This document shows positions 63,887 through 64,000 of a stretch of 64,000 bases of DNA, one piece after another. A program made the translations under genes and the position numbers. Source of the DNA: an uncultured Chloroflexia bacterium (lineage in GTDB: Bacteria; Chloroflexota; Limnocylindria; QHBO01); assembly GCA_963828485.1 (NCBI GenBank), contig CAWHEV010000010.1, positions 771,021 to 835,020 of the forward strand, written 5' to 3'. Numbering within the stretch: the stretch's first letter is position 1; each line of letters begins with the position of its first letter. Below the pieces are notes generated by a model, which did not search any database, was not told the origin of the DNA, and saw nothing but the letters and a program-made list of their open reading frames with translations.

Positions 63887-64000
63887 GTGGACGCATTCGA
63901 AGCTTCAGTGACCATCAAGGCTCCGGCTTCCCGAGTCTGGGAGATCCTGACCGATGGAGCCAGCTATCCGACGTGGGACTCAGGTGTGACCCGGGTCGAC
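63887..64000 (+). CDS. SRPBCC-family protein (partial, continues past window end)
   Basis: VDAFEASVTIKAPASRVWEILTDGASYPTWDSGVTRVD. GTG start. Confidence 0.55.
   Translation, partial: MDAFEASVTIKAPASRVWEILTDGASYPTWDSGVTRVD

Noticed and set aside
1-64000. tRNA, rRNA or other structured-RNA genes; IS elements, integrases or prophage genes
   Set aside because: No T-loop-like GTTCGAATC/GTTCRANYC cores with matching acceptor stems were seen in the few lower-GC stretches. No transposase, integrase, recombinase or phage structural protein signatures appear in any frame. Gene density leaves no unexplained gap longer than about 480 bp.

Overview
The window is 64 kb of high-GC (about 70 %) chromosomal DNA, probably from an F420-using actinobacterium. 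It is densely packed with about 77 protein-coding genes. I found no rRNA, tRNA, CRISPR array, insertion sequence or prophage genes.

Genes, left to right:
- 3' end of dnaE. The N-terminal PHP domain sits at the gene's start (~3717) on the minus strand and its C-terminus lies beyond position 1, so the ORF has no stop in the window and is missing from the ORF track.
- An orphan SARP/AfsR-like regulator.
- Two PadR modules: PadR with a permease-prefix membrane protein, and PadR with a HAAS membrane protein and a co-transcribed deazaflavin (F420)-dependent nitroreductase (DDN).
- A decayed divergent AraC/LysE pair.
- An ECF41 sigma factor with TGTCACA-N16-CGTG promoters on both strands, facing a membrane-protein/J-domain operon.
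- An ArsR-SRPBCC operon with a perfect operator palindrome.
- A candidate EXLDI-like protein followed by a DrrAB-type ABC exporter.
- An alpha/alpha-toroid repeat protein translationally coupled to a GNAT acetyltransferase, next to a zf-UBP protein.
- A complete tctCBA tripartite tricarboxylate transporter preceded by ~50-bp tandem repeats.
- A MarR-RND efflux pair.
- A MerR-HTH/class-III nucleotidyl cyclase fusion.
- An LLM F420-dependent oxidoreductase.
- A second ABC exporter.

Between these lies a strikingly paralog-rich set of small stress/xenobiotic-type enzymes:
- 8 VOC/glyoxalase proteins, two of them fused to a pterin-4a-carbinolamine dehydratase (PCD)-like domain
- 4 RibD-C/DHFR-like reductases
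- 3 DDN proteins
- 3 DUF1801 proteins
- 5 alpha/beta hydrolases
- 2 DinB proteins
- 2 BBE-like FAD oxidases
- 4 SRPBCC proteins (one partial)

Most of the long ORFs antisense to these genes are high-GC artefacts.

The most unusual observations are the ECF41 promoter architecture, the AraC/LysE deletion scar, the tandem repeats upstream of tctC, several AT-rich operator palindromes, two Shine-Dalgarno-led or GC3-biased small ORFs below the track cut-off, and the MerR-cyclase fusion.

In-line coordinates of short motifs are approximate (+/-2 nt).
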